Assembly: GCA_963717465.1 (NCBI GenBank)
Contig: OY970340.1
Location: 2,880,001 to 2,944,000 of the forward strand
Length of the DNA: 64,000 nucleotides
Reading direction: 5' to 3'
From: Candidatus Bathyarchaeota archaeon
GTDB lineage: Archaea; Thermoproteota; Bathyarchaeia; Bathyarchaeales; Bathycorpusculaceae
The first letter of the stretch is position 1. Each line of letters starts with the position of its first letter. A program made the position numbers and the translations under genes. Under the pieces are notes generated by a model. It ran no database searches and was not told the origin of the DNA. It worked only from the letters and a program-made list of their open reading frames with translations. Positions 52,359 through 62,361 of this stretch are shown piece by piece.

Positions 52359-55313
52359 ATGCGAAAAATAACTAAACTTAGAAGGTCTATTAGAGCAATA
52401 TCTCCGATAATCTCAACATTACTACTCATAGCTATTGCTGTTGTAGCTTCATTAGTTGCTTATGCCTGGGTTATGGGCTTTATAGGAAATAAGAGCTCTC
52501 AGGCAGGCGACGCTGTACAAATTCAAAGCTACACGTCAAAATCAGGCAACTTAACCATTTATGTTCAGAATACAGGGCAAAATCTTGTGCATCTTAAACA
52601 AAATGGCAGTGTATACGTTAATAACACCTTATATCTGATTACTCAAAGCCCATCAGGAACTAACGTTGCAGCTGGTTCTCTAATACCGATACCTGTTGGC
52701 CAAACCGTTGAAATTGTCACGAATTTTCCTTATAATCCTACAGATTACATAACGATTAAGATTGTTTCCGTTGAGGGAACTTTTATTCAAACATCTGGAG
52801 CAGCAGTGTCTGGAGGATCAAATTCTGTTCTTACAAGCTTAATTATTAGTCCGAATACAGCATCGGTTACAGCAGGTTCTGCGGAACCGTTCACAGCCAC
52901 AGCATACGACCAAACTAACAGCAGCATGGGGACTGTTTCTGCGGTCTTTAGCGTCAACGGAACCGCAATTTCCGGCGGCACAGTAACTGAGAATATAACA
53001 GGCACATACATCATTACTGCAACTTACGGCGGAATTACAGCTAACAACTCAGCTACTTTACAGGTTACAGTTGGAGCCGCCAAGACATTAGTTATTAGTC
53101 CAGGTTCAGAATCGATTCCCGCAGGCACTTCCCAGGTATATTCAGCTACAGCATATGATCAATATGGCAACAGCTTAGGCGATGTAACTTCGACTTCAAC
53201 ATTCAGCGTTAACGGCACTTCTATTTCTGGCAGTTCAGTGAATGAGACAACGGTTGGTACTTACATTGTTACGGCAAATTATAGCGGTGTCACATCGAAT
53301 TCGGCTACTCTTCAAGTGAGCGCTTCAACATCTAATACGGAGTTTAGTGTTACTGGCTTCCCAAGCCCGGTTACTGCTGGTGTTGCAGGCAATGTTACGG
53401 TGCAAGCAGTGGACCCCTATGGAAACATTGTTACAAGTTATTCTGGCACTGCTCATTTTACATCAAGTGATTCAAAAGCTGTTTTGCCTGCAGATACGAC
53501 GCTTACCAATGGTGTAGGCACTTTCAGTGTTACTTTGGAAACAGCAGGCACCCAATCTATTACCGCCACTGATACAGTTACATCATCGATAACGGGTTCC
53601 CAGACGAGCATTACAGTTAATCCTGCAGCTGCAACCAGCTTGACGATTAGTCCTAATCCAAGCACTGTTTCAGCTGGCAACACGGTAACTTGCACTGCCT
53701 TGGCTGTTGATCAGTATAACAATCAATGGAATGTTACTGCTTCGACTTCTTGGGCTATAAACGCTAGTGCTGCTGGCTCATGGAGTGGCAATGTTTACAC
53801 TTCCCACACCGCTGGATCTTGGACCATTACAGGCACTTTCTCCGGTATTCAAGGCACTGCGCAGTTAACGGTGAGCCCTGGCACCCTATCAACATTCACT
53901 GTAACTGGCCAAGGGTTAGCATCAGGCATCGGCACGCAAAACGCAGGAACCGGATTCTGGATAACTATTAATGCCACTGACTCTTGCGGAAATCTGGTTA
54001 CTAGCTACATTGGAACAAACACGTTGACGCTAGACATTGTAGGCGGCGGAACTGGAACGATAACCATAGTTAGCGGCGGAAGCGGAACGACTACAAACGC
54101 TTTCACTGGAGGCAGTTGGACAGGCGAGGTAACGGCATCATCTGCAGCACCTTCGCTAGAGTACATCTACACAACAGGCGGAGGAGTAAGCGGACAAAGC
54201 CAAAGCTTCCTAGTCAAATCTACTCCAACCGGTCAGCCATACTTAGTGTTCATTGGAGGCACAAGTCAAACGCTATCCGCAGGAACCAGGTCAGCAGTAA
54301 TAACGGTCGAACGATACAGCGGCTCAGGCATTCCACAAACTTCAGGAGCATTAACTGTTAACTTAGGAGCATTAGAAAACAGCCAATCAGAAGGTAACTT
54401 CTATTTGACAGCCACAGGCACTGGCACCACAACGTCAGTCACAATTCAAAATAGTTATAACAATGCAACCTTCTACTATAATGATACTGTTGCTGGAACC
54501 GTAACAATCGAGGCACAAGCAACTGGCTACACAGAAGCGACGACGGATTTCACAATAAACCCAGGATCCGTGAATGCTTTCCAAATCACCTCCAGTGGCG
54601 GCATTCAAGAAACCACAATCTTAAACTACGACAATTTCTACTACTTGGGTACTGCGACTGCTGGTCAATCATTCTCCATAACTATCACTGCAGTCGACCA
54701 ATATGGTAACCCTGCAACAAGCTTCACAGGAACAGTTACATTAGCAGACTCCAGCCCCTCCGGCGACTTTAGCCCGACTTCTGTCATCTTCTCAAGCTCG
54801 AACCTCGGCGTTGTCAACGTAGGAATAAACGTCACCAAAGTTTACACGGCTAGCACTCTTGGATTTTACTTGGCTGGCACTAGTGGTTTAGACTCGATAA
54901 CTGCAAGCTACAAAAGTGGAAGCACAACGGCTACAGGCACAAGCTATCTGGCTGTAAATGCAGGAGCCCCTGCAAAGCTAGTGTTCACAGTAGCACCCAC
55001 AACAGTCCAACATAGCACCTCCAGTTCAGGCAGCGGTCTGCATGTCTCAACAGTATTCACAGTACAACTTGAGGATCAATACGGCAACCCTGTGAGTGGC
55101 GCCACAATAAGCCTAAGCTCATCTTCGAGCACCGGTACTTTCTATTCTAGCTCCTCTGGTTCTAGCGGTTCCAAAATTACCTCAGTAACCACCAATGCTG
55201 GATTGGCCAACTTTTACTACTCAGACACAACATCTTCAGGAACTGGCACATACACCATCACAGCTTCCTACTCATCTAGCCTGCAAGCCACGACATCTAT
55301 CAAAGTGACATAA
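52359..55313 (+). CDS. Giant pilin: N-terminal type IV pilin domain fused to tandem Ig-like (invasin/Big-like) repeats
   Basis: RA|ISPIISTLLLIAIAVVAS; recurring (A/V)xD(Q/P)YGN motifs; T/S/G-rich with many NxS/T sequons; no C-terminal anchor. Confidence 0.88.
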   Translation: MRKITKLRRSIRAISPIISTLLLIAIAVVASLVAYAWVMGFIGNKSSQAGDAVQIQSYTSKSGNLTIYVQNTGQNLVHLKQNGSVYVNNTLYLITQSPSGTNVAAGSLIPIPVGQTVEIVTNFPYNPTDYITIKIVSVEGTFIQTSGAAVSGGSNSVLTSLIISPNTASVTAGSAEPFTATAYDQTNSSMGTVSAVFSVNGTAISGGTVTENITGTYIITATYGGITANNSATLQVTVGAAKTLVISPGSESIPAGTSQVYSATAYDQYGNSLGDVTSTSTFSVNGTSISGSSVNETTVGTYIVTANYSGVTSNSATLQVSASTSNTEFSVTGFPSPVTAGVAGNVTVQAVDPYGNIVTSYSGTAHFTSSDSKAVLPADTTLTNGVGTFSVTLETAGTQSITATDTVTSSITGSQTSITVNPAAATSLTISPNPSTVSAGNTVTCTALAVDQYNNQWNVTASTSWAINASAAGSWSGNVYTSHTAGSWTITGTFSGIQGTAQLTVSPGTLSTFTVTGQGLASGIGTQNAGTGFWITINATDSCGNLVTSYIGTNTLTLDIVGGGTGTITIVSGGSGTTTNAFTGGSWTGEVTASSAAPSLEYIYTTGGGVSGQSQSFLVKSTPTGQPYLVFIGGTSQTLSAGTRSAVITVERYSGSGIPQTSGALTVNLGALENSQSEGNFYLTATGTGTTTSVTIQNSYNNATFYYNDTVAGTVTIEAQATGYTEATTDFTINPGSVNAFQITSSGGIQETTILNYDNFYYLGTATAGQSFSITITAVDQYGNPATSFTGTVTLADSSPSGDFSPTSVIFSSSNLGVVNVGINVTKVYTASTLGFYLAGTSGLDSITASYKSGSTTATGTSYLAVNAGAPAKLVFTVAPTTVQHSTSSSGSGLHVSTVFTVQLEDQYGNPVSGATISLSSSSSTGTFYSSSSGSSGSKITSVTTNAGLANFYYSDTTSSGTGTYTITASYSSSLQATTSIKVT

Positions 55314-55331
55314 CCTAATAAGGTCCCTAAA

Positions 55332-55349
55332 CCCTCTTTTCTTTTTTTT
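55332..55349 (+). terminator. Archaeal oligo-T terminator after the giant pilin gene
   Basis: ccctcttttctttttttt about 20 nt after the stop codon. Confidence 0.55.
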
Positions 55350-56229
55350 GTCAAAGCCTTCAAACAGTAATACAGAACCCTTATTGAATCTGTTTCATAA
55401 AATGTTAAATGAATTGCACAAAAAGGGCTTATTCCTTTTTATCGATTACGTAATTCTTAGCTCTTTATAGATTTATTTTTGGGCAGATGGATTATGGAGA
55501 ACGCAAAGTGAGTAAGGTTCGCTAGTTGGATTGGCACAGTGGGAAGTGAACGATAGCAGAGCGACTCGAACATCATCCTGTGTTGTTTTGTCTATCATCT
55601 AATAGTCAATCCCTTAAAATCCTTCGATAACTCGGCGGTCTATGACTATTCTTAACCAAGGTCTTTTTATCATCGCTCGTTTAAAAATAACAATTAACCG
55701 CCTATTTTTATTAAAGGAATTTAGGGGACTGAGCACTAATTGGTTAAGATGTACGCGCGCTCCAACGGGTCTTGAAGAATAAAATGGGCATTCTGATTAT
55801 CTGGCCAAATCCTTATTCTTCTTTGTCAAGCGCCATATCAACCAGTGCCAAACCCTGTTGAGTGGATTAAAATTGGTTAAAATGCTTTTTCTGAAATCTG
55901 GCTGGAAGCTAGTACTCTTTACATGAAGAAGTCACTTTAACAAGGTGCTGGTGCCTGAAATATGCTATAAACTTTGATCGACACAAACCTAAACACAAAC
56001 TCATTTCCCCAATATCATTCGAAAAATTTTGAATTAAAGAACATGATTAATTCATCAATTTTGAGTTTTTTAGTTTCATTTTGCGAAGAAAAAAATACCG
56101 CGAAAGTGAGTTTCGCTGTTTTGATATTCATAGAGCATTATTCCGTCCATTTTATATAGTTTTTTAAACGTATCTAAGGCAGGAAAAAACTGTTAGCATC
56201 AACTTGCTTCGAAGAAGGGTGAACAGAAA

Positions 56230-57786
56230 ATGAAAAAACAACGAAATGCGATAACGATAGGAATCACTTTGTTTCTCGTAGTAGTTTTATGTTTATCAAT
56301 GTTTTTAGCTTTTGTGCCAAAAGCGAGCGCTCAGACCCAGGACTGGTGGCCTATGTTCATGCATGACTCAAACCACAGTGGCTCCTCCACTTCATCTGCT
56401 CCGCTCACAAACAATACCTTGTGGAGTTACCCGACGGCTGGTGCCGTCGTTTCCTCTCCAACCGTTTATAACGGCATGGTTTATGTAGGCTCAGAAGATG
56501 ATTATGTTTACGCATTCAATGCAACCACAGGGAATCTTTTATGGGTCTATCCGACAGGCGGCGCAGTGGAAACTTGTCCCGCAGTAGCCAATGGCATGGT
56601 TTACGTTGGCTCAGATGACAACAACGTTTACGGATTAAACGCCACCACGGGATCTGAAATCTGGAGCTTCCCGACCGGCGCTGCCGTGCTATCTTCTCCC
56701 ACCGTCTCAAGCGCGATATTGTATGTTGGTTCTGACGACGGCAACGTTTATGCATTAAATGCTGACACGGGAACACAAGTCTGGAACTATACGACTGGTG
56801 CCGCTGTAACATCTTCTCCAGCAGTTGTCAACGGCTACGTTTACGTTGGCTCAGAAGATGGCAATGTTTATGCATTAAATGCCGCTTCGGGCGGTTTATA
56901 CTGGAGTTACACCACGAACGGCGAAGTTGAATCTTCCCCCGACATCGCCAACGGCGTAGTATACGTTGGTTCCTTAGTTTCAGGAGCTGATACTGCCAGG
57001 TTTTATGCTTTGGACGCCAACACTGGAGCATTGGACTGGAATGACACAATGGGCAACTCAATCACCTCGTCTGCCGCAGTCGCAAACGGCATAGTTTATG
57101 TTGGCACAATCAATTATGGAGCGTACAAAGGAGATGTCTACGGCTTAAACGCTACCTCAGGTCAAATGATCTGGGGCTACGGGACTGGCAATTCAGTTTC
57201 TTCATCCCCCGCTATCGCCAACGGTGTGGTGTTTATCGGATCAGACGACGACTACGTTTATGCCTTAAACGCATCCACAGGCTCAGTTATATGGAATTAC
57301 TTAACCAACGGAGCAGTGGAGTCATCTCCAGCAATCGCCAACGGCGTCGTCTACGTGGGTTCGAGTGATGATAACATTTACGCTTTTTACACGCCATCTC
57401 AACCAATCTCTACCCCCACTCCTACCGTTACGCCATCTCCTTCTGTGTCACCCACAGCCACTCCAACTCCAACCGCTACTCCAACCGCTACCCCAACGAC
57501 CACTCCATCTCCAACGCCGACGGGAACACCATCGCCTACCCCAACTGTAACCGCTACATCTTCGCCACAACAAACTGCGACACCATCTCCAACTCCAGAA
57601 AGTACTCCATCAACTAATCAAACTCCCAGCCAAGAAGCATTCTATTCCACTCCTATGGGCGAAGTCATCATTGCAGCTATCGTAATTATCGTCGTTGCAG
57701 TAGTTGCTTCAGTTCTTCTATGGAGCAGAGGCCACCGCAAGCCAAAAACTCAACCAGCCCCAACAACTTATGAAGGCACATTCTAG
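56230..57786 (+). CDS. Surface 8-bladed PQQ-like/BamB-like beta-propeller with Pro/Thr linker and C-terminal TM anchor
   Basis: Signal peptide, WPMFMHD, eight ~40-aa repeats (WxYxT..V.SSP.V.NG.VYVGS.D..VYALNA.TG), a (TP)n stalk, and a TM helix with basic tail. Confidence 0.9.
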   Translation: MKKQRNAITIGITLFLVVVLCLSMFLAFVPKASAQTQDWWPMFMHDSNHSGSSTSSAPLTNNTLWSYPTAGAVVSSPTVYNGMVYVGSEDDYVYAFNATTGNLLWVYPTGGAVETCPAVANGMVYVGSDDNNVYGLNATTGSEIWSFPTGAAVLSSPTVSSAILYVGSDDGNVYALNADTGTQVWNYTTGAAVTSSPAVVNGYVYVGSEDGNVYALNAASGGLYWSYTTNGEVESSPDIANGVVYVGSLVSGADTARFYALDANTGALDWNDTMGNSITSSAAVANGIVYVGTINYGAYKGDVYGLNATSGQMIWGYGTGNSVSSSPAIANGVVFIGSDDDYVYALNASTGSVIWNYLTNGAVESSPAIANGVVYVGSSDDNIYAFYTPSQPISTPTPTVTPSPSVSPTATPTPTATPTATPTTTPSPTPTGTPSPTPTVTATSSPQQTATPSPTPESTPSTNQTPSQEAFYSTPMGEVIIAAIVIIVVAVVASVLLWSRGHRKPKTQPAPTTYEGTF

Positions 57787-58136
57787 GAACAGGAAGCCTG
57801 CACTCGTAAACCTATGCAGTTACAAGCTTACCAAAAGCAATCGCCACAGTTCCAGTCGATTTCGAAAGCAAAACCCCACGCTTTCTTTACAATATTTCAT
57901 GCACAAATACCACGTTAGAATAAGACCGCCCACAATGCCTAGTTAGCATGATTAGCCTTTGTTCTTAGCTAACTCATGGATAACATTTTATGAAGAATCT
58001 ATTAACGGCACAAAAGCCAAAAATGCGAGACACAAAAAAGACCATGAAAATAAAAAATGAAGTTAGAAATATGCCTGCACGTTTTGGGTAAACTAATTTT
58101 CCTCTTGCTCGCATTATATTGGGAGCATACTGCCCT

Positions 58137-58502
58137 CTAGTCGCGTGTGTTTATAATTGGCCCTTTGCTTATGTATAAAGTGCTAACCTTGAACCTTGTC
58201 TTTACATAGTTTCTACTGATCTTGTTATTCAGAACCGCAATGATCTCGCGTTGCTTTTGGAGAAAGTCTAAGCCTTTCGGCGTTGCTTGATAGATTTCTC
58301 TGCCTTCTAATTCTTTCTTTTCTAAAAGACTCGTTTCTGTCAAGATTGAGAGGTATTGATTGAGCTGAGTGAAGCTAAGGTTAGCTTTCAACATAATGCT
58401 TGTCTTAGAATTCCCCGCTTTGGCAATATCAATAATCTCTGAAATAATGACCAGTTTATCCCTTCGTTTTGGAGCATCATCTTCCGACAACGTTATTGTC
58501 AT
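58137..58502 (-). CDS. Winged-helix regulator (HTH_45/ArnR1-like)
   Basis: RRDKLVIISEII..KTSIMLKANLSFTQLNQYL..YQATPKGLDFL; paralog of 17694-18041. Confidence 0.85.
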   Translation of the reverse strand: MTITLSEDDAPKRRDKLVIISEIIDIAKAGNSKTSIMLKANLSFTQLNQYLSILTETSLLEKKELEGREIYQATPKGLDFLQKQREIIAVLNNKISRNYVKTRFKVSTLYISKGPIINTRD

Positions 58503-59010
58503 ACAACTTCCCCCATTTTCACTTAGCGCACGCACGCGCTAATAACAATTTCGACTAGTATTATAAGTCAGATATTTCCTAAAAAATAATATATCAATTC
58601 ACATAATATGATTTAAAATCAGTCATAAATTGTTAATTTTAAATGCAACATTCAGGCAATCACTGTATTAATTTCAATGTACAGGTCAACTCTTTTATTA
58701 ACTTTTACTGAAGAAAACTACTGAAGATGCAAAAACCAAAAAACTATACACAAAAGATTATTGCAAAATAAAAAAATGAAGCCTAGAAAACGAACGCATA
58801 CGGAAAACACACGAGTGCTCACACAATTTTTCATAATATCGTTAAAAACAGCTCGTAAATTCACGCGTTTTCCACCTTTAATGGTCGTATCTTAATAGCG
58901 GACTTAACAAGCAAAGAGATTTTAATCAACGAGTGCACTAAGTTTAAAATATCACAGTATGCACATAACAAACAAATACACATTTCACTTTATGGTAAGG
59001 AAACTTCAAG

Positions 59011-59661
59011 ATGAAATTGGTAAAAACAGGAATTGCTGGTCTGGATGAATTCTTAACAGGTGGATTACCACCCAAAGTTATCCTCCTCATAGGCCCACCT
59101 GGGTCAGGTAACGAAGTTTTCGCTAGACAGATAAGTTATACAAGGGCAAAACAAGCTGGAATAACTTATTTTACAATAGCCGCTACAGCTGAAAATGTAA
59201 GGGACGATATGACAGTATATGGGTGGGATATAGCATCACTTGAAAAAAGTGGAAACTGGAAGTTTAAAAAAATAGCTGAAAACGCTCGATTAGAAGAGGC
59301 TATTATTAAAGAGATGGAAGAGAACCAGACTGTAGTTATAGACTCGTTTTCTGAATTGCTTTTAACAAGAAAGATTGGGGAAATCACCAATCTTATTTCA
59401 ATTATGTCCCATCAAAACAAAAACAGTGAAAACTATCATCTATTACTCCTTACAGAAGGAATGCAAGATCCAAAAACTGAGACGATAATGCAGCACTTTG
59501 CAGAAGGCGTAATTATGTTTGCCACAACTTTAACAGCAGACACCATGCATACTGACATGTTAATTAAGAAGATAAAAGGCAGTTTCGCACCAACCCGACG
59601 ACTCCCCTACAGCATAAGCAAGAAGGGATTCTTAATAGAAACAGCCACAAGAATAACATAG
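59011..59661 (+). CDS. Single-domain KaiC/RAD55-like RecA-fold ATPase with altered Walker A
   Basis: VKTGIAGLDEFLTGGLP, GPPGSGNE, VVIDSFS, AEGVI and IKKIKG. Confidence 0.88.
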   Translation: MKLVKTGIAGLDEFLTGGLPPKVILLIGPPGSGNEVFARQISYTRAKQAGITYFTIAATAENVRDDMTVYGWDIASLEKSGNWKFKKIAENARLEEAIIKEMEENQTVVIDSFSELLLTRKIGEITNLISIMSHQNKNSENYHLLLLTEGMQDPKTETIMQHFAEGVIMFATTLTADTMHTDMLIKKIKGSFAPTRRLPYSISKKGFLIETATRIT

Positions 59662-59744
59662 CAACATGAACATTAATTTAGAATCAATAGTTTGAATTCA
59701 TAATTTACTTATTACAAATCTGTATAGGTGTTCAACGATGATAC

Positions 59745-59951
59745 ATGAAACCAATTCACAACAATAAACGACAACTAATGAATGATTGCCTTTTAGTAAT
59801 ATTTGTGTTTGGAAGTATTGGCATCTCATTAAAATTCGCAACATTCTTCAATCAATGGGTTTATTTTCCATCTTTTCCAAACGCATTGGATTCAACCTTT
59901 CTAATTACATCTGTATCCTACCTAACCTGGAGGGCAATCAAACGAAAATAA
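59745..59951 (+). CDS. Small two-TM membrane protein
   Basis: Two hydrophobic segments and a basic C-terminus; GGTG upstream; lies between the KaiC-like gene and a pilin. Confidence 0.5.
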   Translation: MKPIHNNKRQLMNDCLLVIFVFGSIGISLKFATFFNQWVYFPSFPNALDSTFLITSVSYLTWRAIKRK

Positions 59952-60093
59952 GAGCCCGAATGGAAGGTATACTCAGGTAGGCTTTTCAAAAATTCTTCTT
60001 TTGCTCAAAAAACGACTGTAGAAGATTATTGCATAGTCGTTTTTATTCAAGTTGCCGTAACTATTCAACAATTCTTGAGAGGAGAAAATAAAA

Positions 60094-60543
60094 TTGTTTA
60101 ATGGAAAATTAAAGAAAATCCGCAGAAATATCAAGGCGATATCACCGATTATTTCAACCCTGCTCTTAATTGCTATCGCAGTCGTAGCGGCACTTGTCAC
60201 TTATGCGTGGGTTATGGGATACATTGGCTTCCAGACAAGCAAATCAGGTCAATCAATACAAATACAAAGCGTAACAGATAATAATTCAACCGGTACATTA
60301 ACCGTCTACGTTCAAAATACTGGTCAAGCAGCACTCACCGTAGATAGTCACAGTCTCTATGTAAATGGCACACAAATGACCATCAGCGCAGGCACGGGCA
60401 CTATTAATTCAGGCAGTACTGCTGCGCTTACGGCAACTGCGCCTACAAACTCTGGCGTAACCATTATGAGCGGTGCACAAGCAACAATAAAGGTAACCAC
60501 AACCACGGGAACATACAACCAAGTAACACAAGCGTTGCCATAA
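60094..60543 (+). CDS. Type IV pilin, close paralog of 45037-45486
   Basis: KA|ISPIISTLLLIAIAVVAALVTYAWVMGYIGFQTSKSG is identical to the first pilin; GAGGAG SD upstream. Confidence 0.9.
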   Translation: MFNGKLKKIRRNIKAISPIISTLLLIAIAVVAALVTYAWVMGYIGFQTSKSGQSIQIQSVTDNNSTGTLTVYVQNTGQAALTVDSHSLYVNGTQMTISAGTGTINSGSTAALTATAPTNSGVTIMSGAQATIKVTTTTGTYNQVTQALP

Positions 60544-60800
60544 GAAAATAACCACACAAAAAAATTTTTCTATTTTTTGTTATTTTACCAGGTTCAATGC
60601 TTTTGCTGGTTAACTGCTCATAAATACATAAATCGCTATTAAAAAAAGCGATTTCACCGAAACAATTCCAGAACAAGCAATTCAGGAATATGCGTTTTCG
60701 CATCATTATACGATACTTTCCAAATCGAGATGCGTAGTTTATAAAGGCTTGATTAGAATAAAATATCAAAATTAAATTAGCTTGAGAGAGTCGAAGGAAA

Positions 60801-61259
60801 ATGATGAATTGCAAAAAACTATTAAAGAATAGTAAGGGTATTTCTCCAATATTTGCTACTCTTATTCTCATCGCTATAGCTGTGATCGCTGGAGTAGTCG
60901 TTTACATGTTCACCAGCGGAACAGTCGCAACAATGACAAACGGCGGCACGGCAGGGCAAGAAAAAATAACAGTACAAGCTTCTAGCTACAGTGGCAGTAC
61001 GATAACTGTAATTCTTGAGCAAACTAGTGGTCCTAAAGCAACGGTGAACGGCCTAATAGTTAAAGATGCAAATGGAAACACTATCGGCACTGCAACAAGT
61101 CTCCAGCTAGGCGGCAGCAGTTCTTCATTGACTTTAACAACAGGACAACTCCAGACAGTAACGGGAACTTATAGTGGCCTTAGCTCCTCGACACACTACA
61201 CCGTCACTGTAACGACAGCCGCAGGCGGCAGTTTCACTTCAACACAGTTCCTCGGCTAA
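60801..61259 (+). CDS. Type IV pilin (divergent)
   Basis: KG|ISPIFATLILIAIAVIAG, a T/S/G-rich globular domain, and a TTTATAAA box upstream. Confidence 0.87.
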   Translation: MMNCKKLLKNSKGISPIFATLILIAIAVIAGVVVYMFTSGTVATMTNGGTAGQEKITVQASSYSGSTITVILEQTSGPKATVNGLIVKDANGNTIGTATSLQLGGSSSSLTLTTGQLQTVTGTYSGLSSSTHYTVTVTTAAGGSFTSTQFLG

Positions 61260-61406
61260 AAACTTTTGCGCTGATACGTCGCGTTATCATTTAGTTAGCT
61301 TGGATTAAAAAATAATCCTCAAACTTAGTTTTGAATTATCGAAGCCTAGTTTTCCTTTCTCGCGGATTATTTCGCTAACAGGAAAACCTCTTCATTAATC
61401 AATGTC

Positions 61407-62197
61407 TCAAACGACTGATGACCGACGATATCTCCGAACTCTTAGGCCATTATTCAGGATGCTTCCTCTTAAGTCATCTCTAAACTTAATCAGCTTTGAC
61501 CGTATTCTTTCTTCTTCAACGTACCGTAAAGCGACATCAAAAATTCTTAGCTGCATCTTAGGATTCGTCACTAACTTGCTTCTTAAAAGCCCACCCGACC
61601 TTTTTATCAGTGGTATTGGCACTTCACCAATTCTAAGACCACTCCTCAAAGCTTTGATATTCATTTCTGTTTCAATCTCGAACCCATCACTTTCAAGCTT
61701 CAATTTATCCCAATTCTCCCGCGTTATCGCTCTGAAACCTGCCAGTGGATCCCCAGAAACCTTAAAACCTACAATTTCTCTAAATAAGGTGCCCACAACC
61801 AGTTGATAGGGAAGAAAGTATGCTCTATACAATTTAGAATCTTGTTTGAAACTTTTTGCAATTCTTGTACCCAACACTAAGTCGTGCGCTTTTAGATTCT
61901 TTATCAATTCAGGGATATATTGAGGAGGATCAGTACCATCACCATCCAAAAATATTAACACATCACCACGGCTTTGTTTTACCCCTGATTTCATTGCCCT
62001 CCCTTTTCCCGGTTTTTTGATTCTACAATAACTTTTGCCCCAAGCCGCTTTGCTATAACAGGCGTCAAGTCTGTGGAAGAGTCTACAACAATGATTTCAG
62101 ATTCTTTTTCGATTTCCTCTGGAATTTCACAAAGCACTTTTGCTATGCCGCACTCTTCGTTTTTCGTAGTTATTATTATGCTATATTTTAGCGTCAT
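61407..62197 (-). CDS. GT2 glycosyltransferase, dolichol-phosphate-mannose-synthase-like (frameshift near 62010)
   Basis: SIIITTKNEE and IVVDSSTD; then FLDGDGT (DxD), DLVLGTR, GFRA and GFEIETEM. Confidence 0.87.
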
Positions 62198-62361
62198 CTT
62201 CTGCCTTCTTAAATTAATGTTAATTCAATAATCATTTGAACAGTGATATAAAAATAAAATCTTTAAAAAACGCTAGCTGCTCTGGACAACTGAAAGTAAA
62301 CGGAACAGACTTTTGACCATTAATTGCCATTTTTGGAACCATGATAACAACCGTTATGTGT

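Noticed and set aside
55350..56229. Hidden gene or ncRNA in the ~900-bp spacer after the giant pilin
   Set aside because: I found only short ORFs without motifs and no convincing structure by eye. A homology search would be needed.
56400..57390. Diversity-generating retroelement TR/VR pair in the propeller repeats
   Set aside because: The repeats are in-frame protein blades, the differences are not adenine-specific, and no reverse transcriptase is in the window.
60094..60543. Silent pilin cassette for Neisseria-style gene conversion
   Set aside because: The copy is complete, with an SD and signal peptide. It differs from 45037 at many synonymous sites, so there is no long identical DNA tract.
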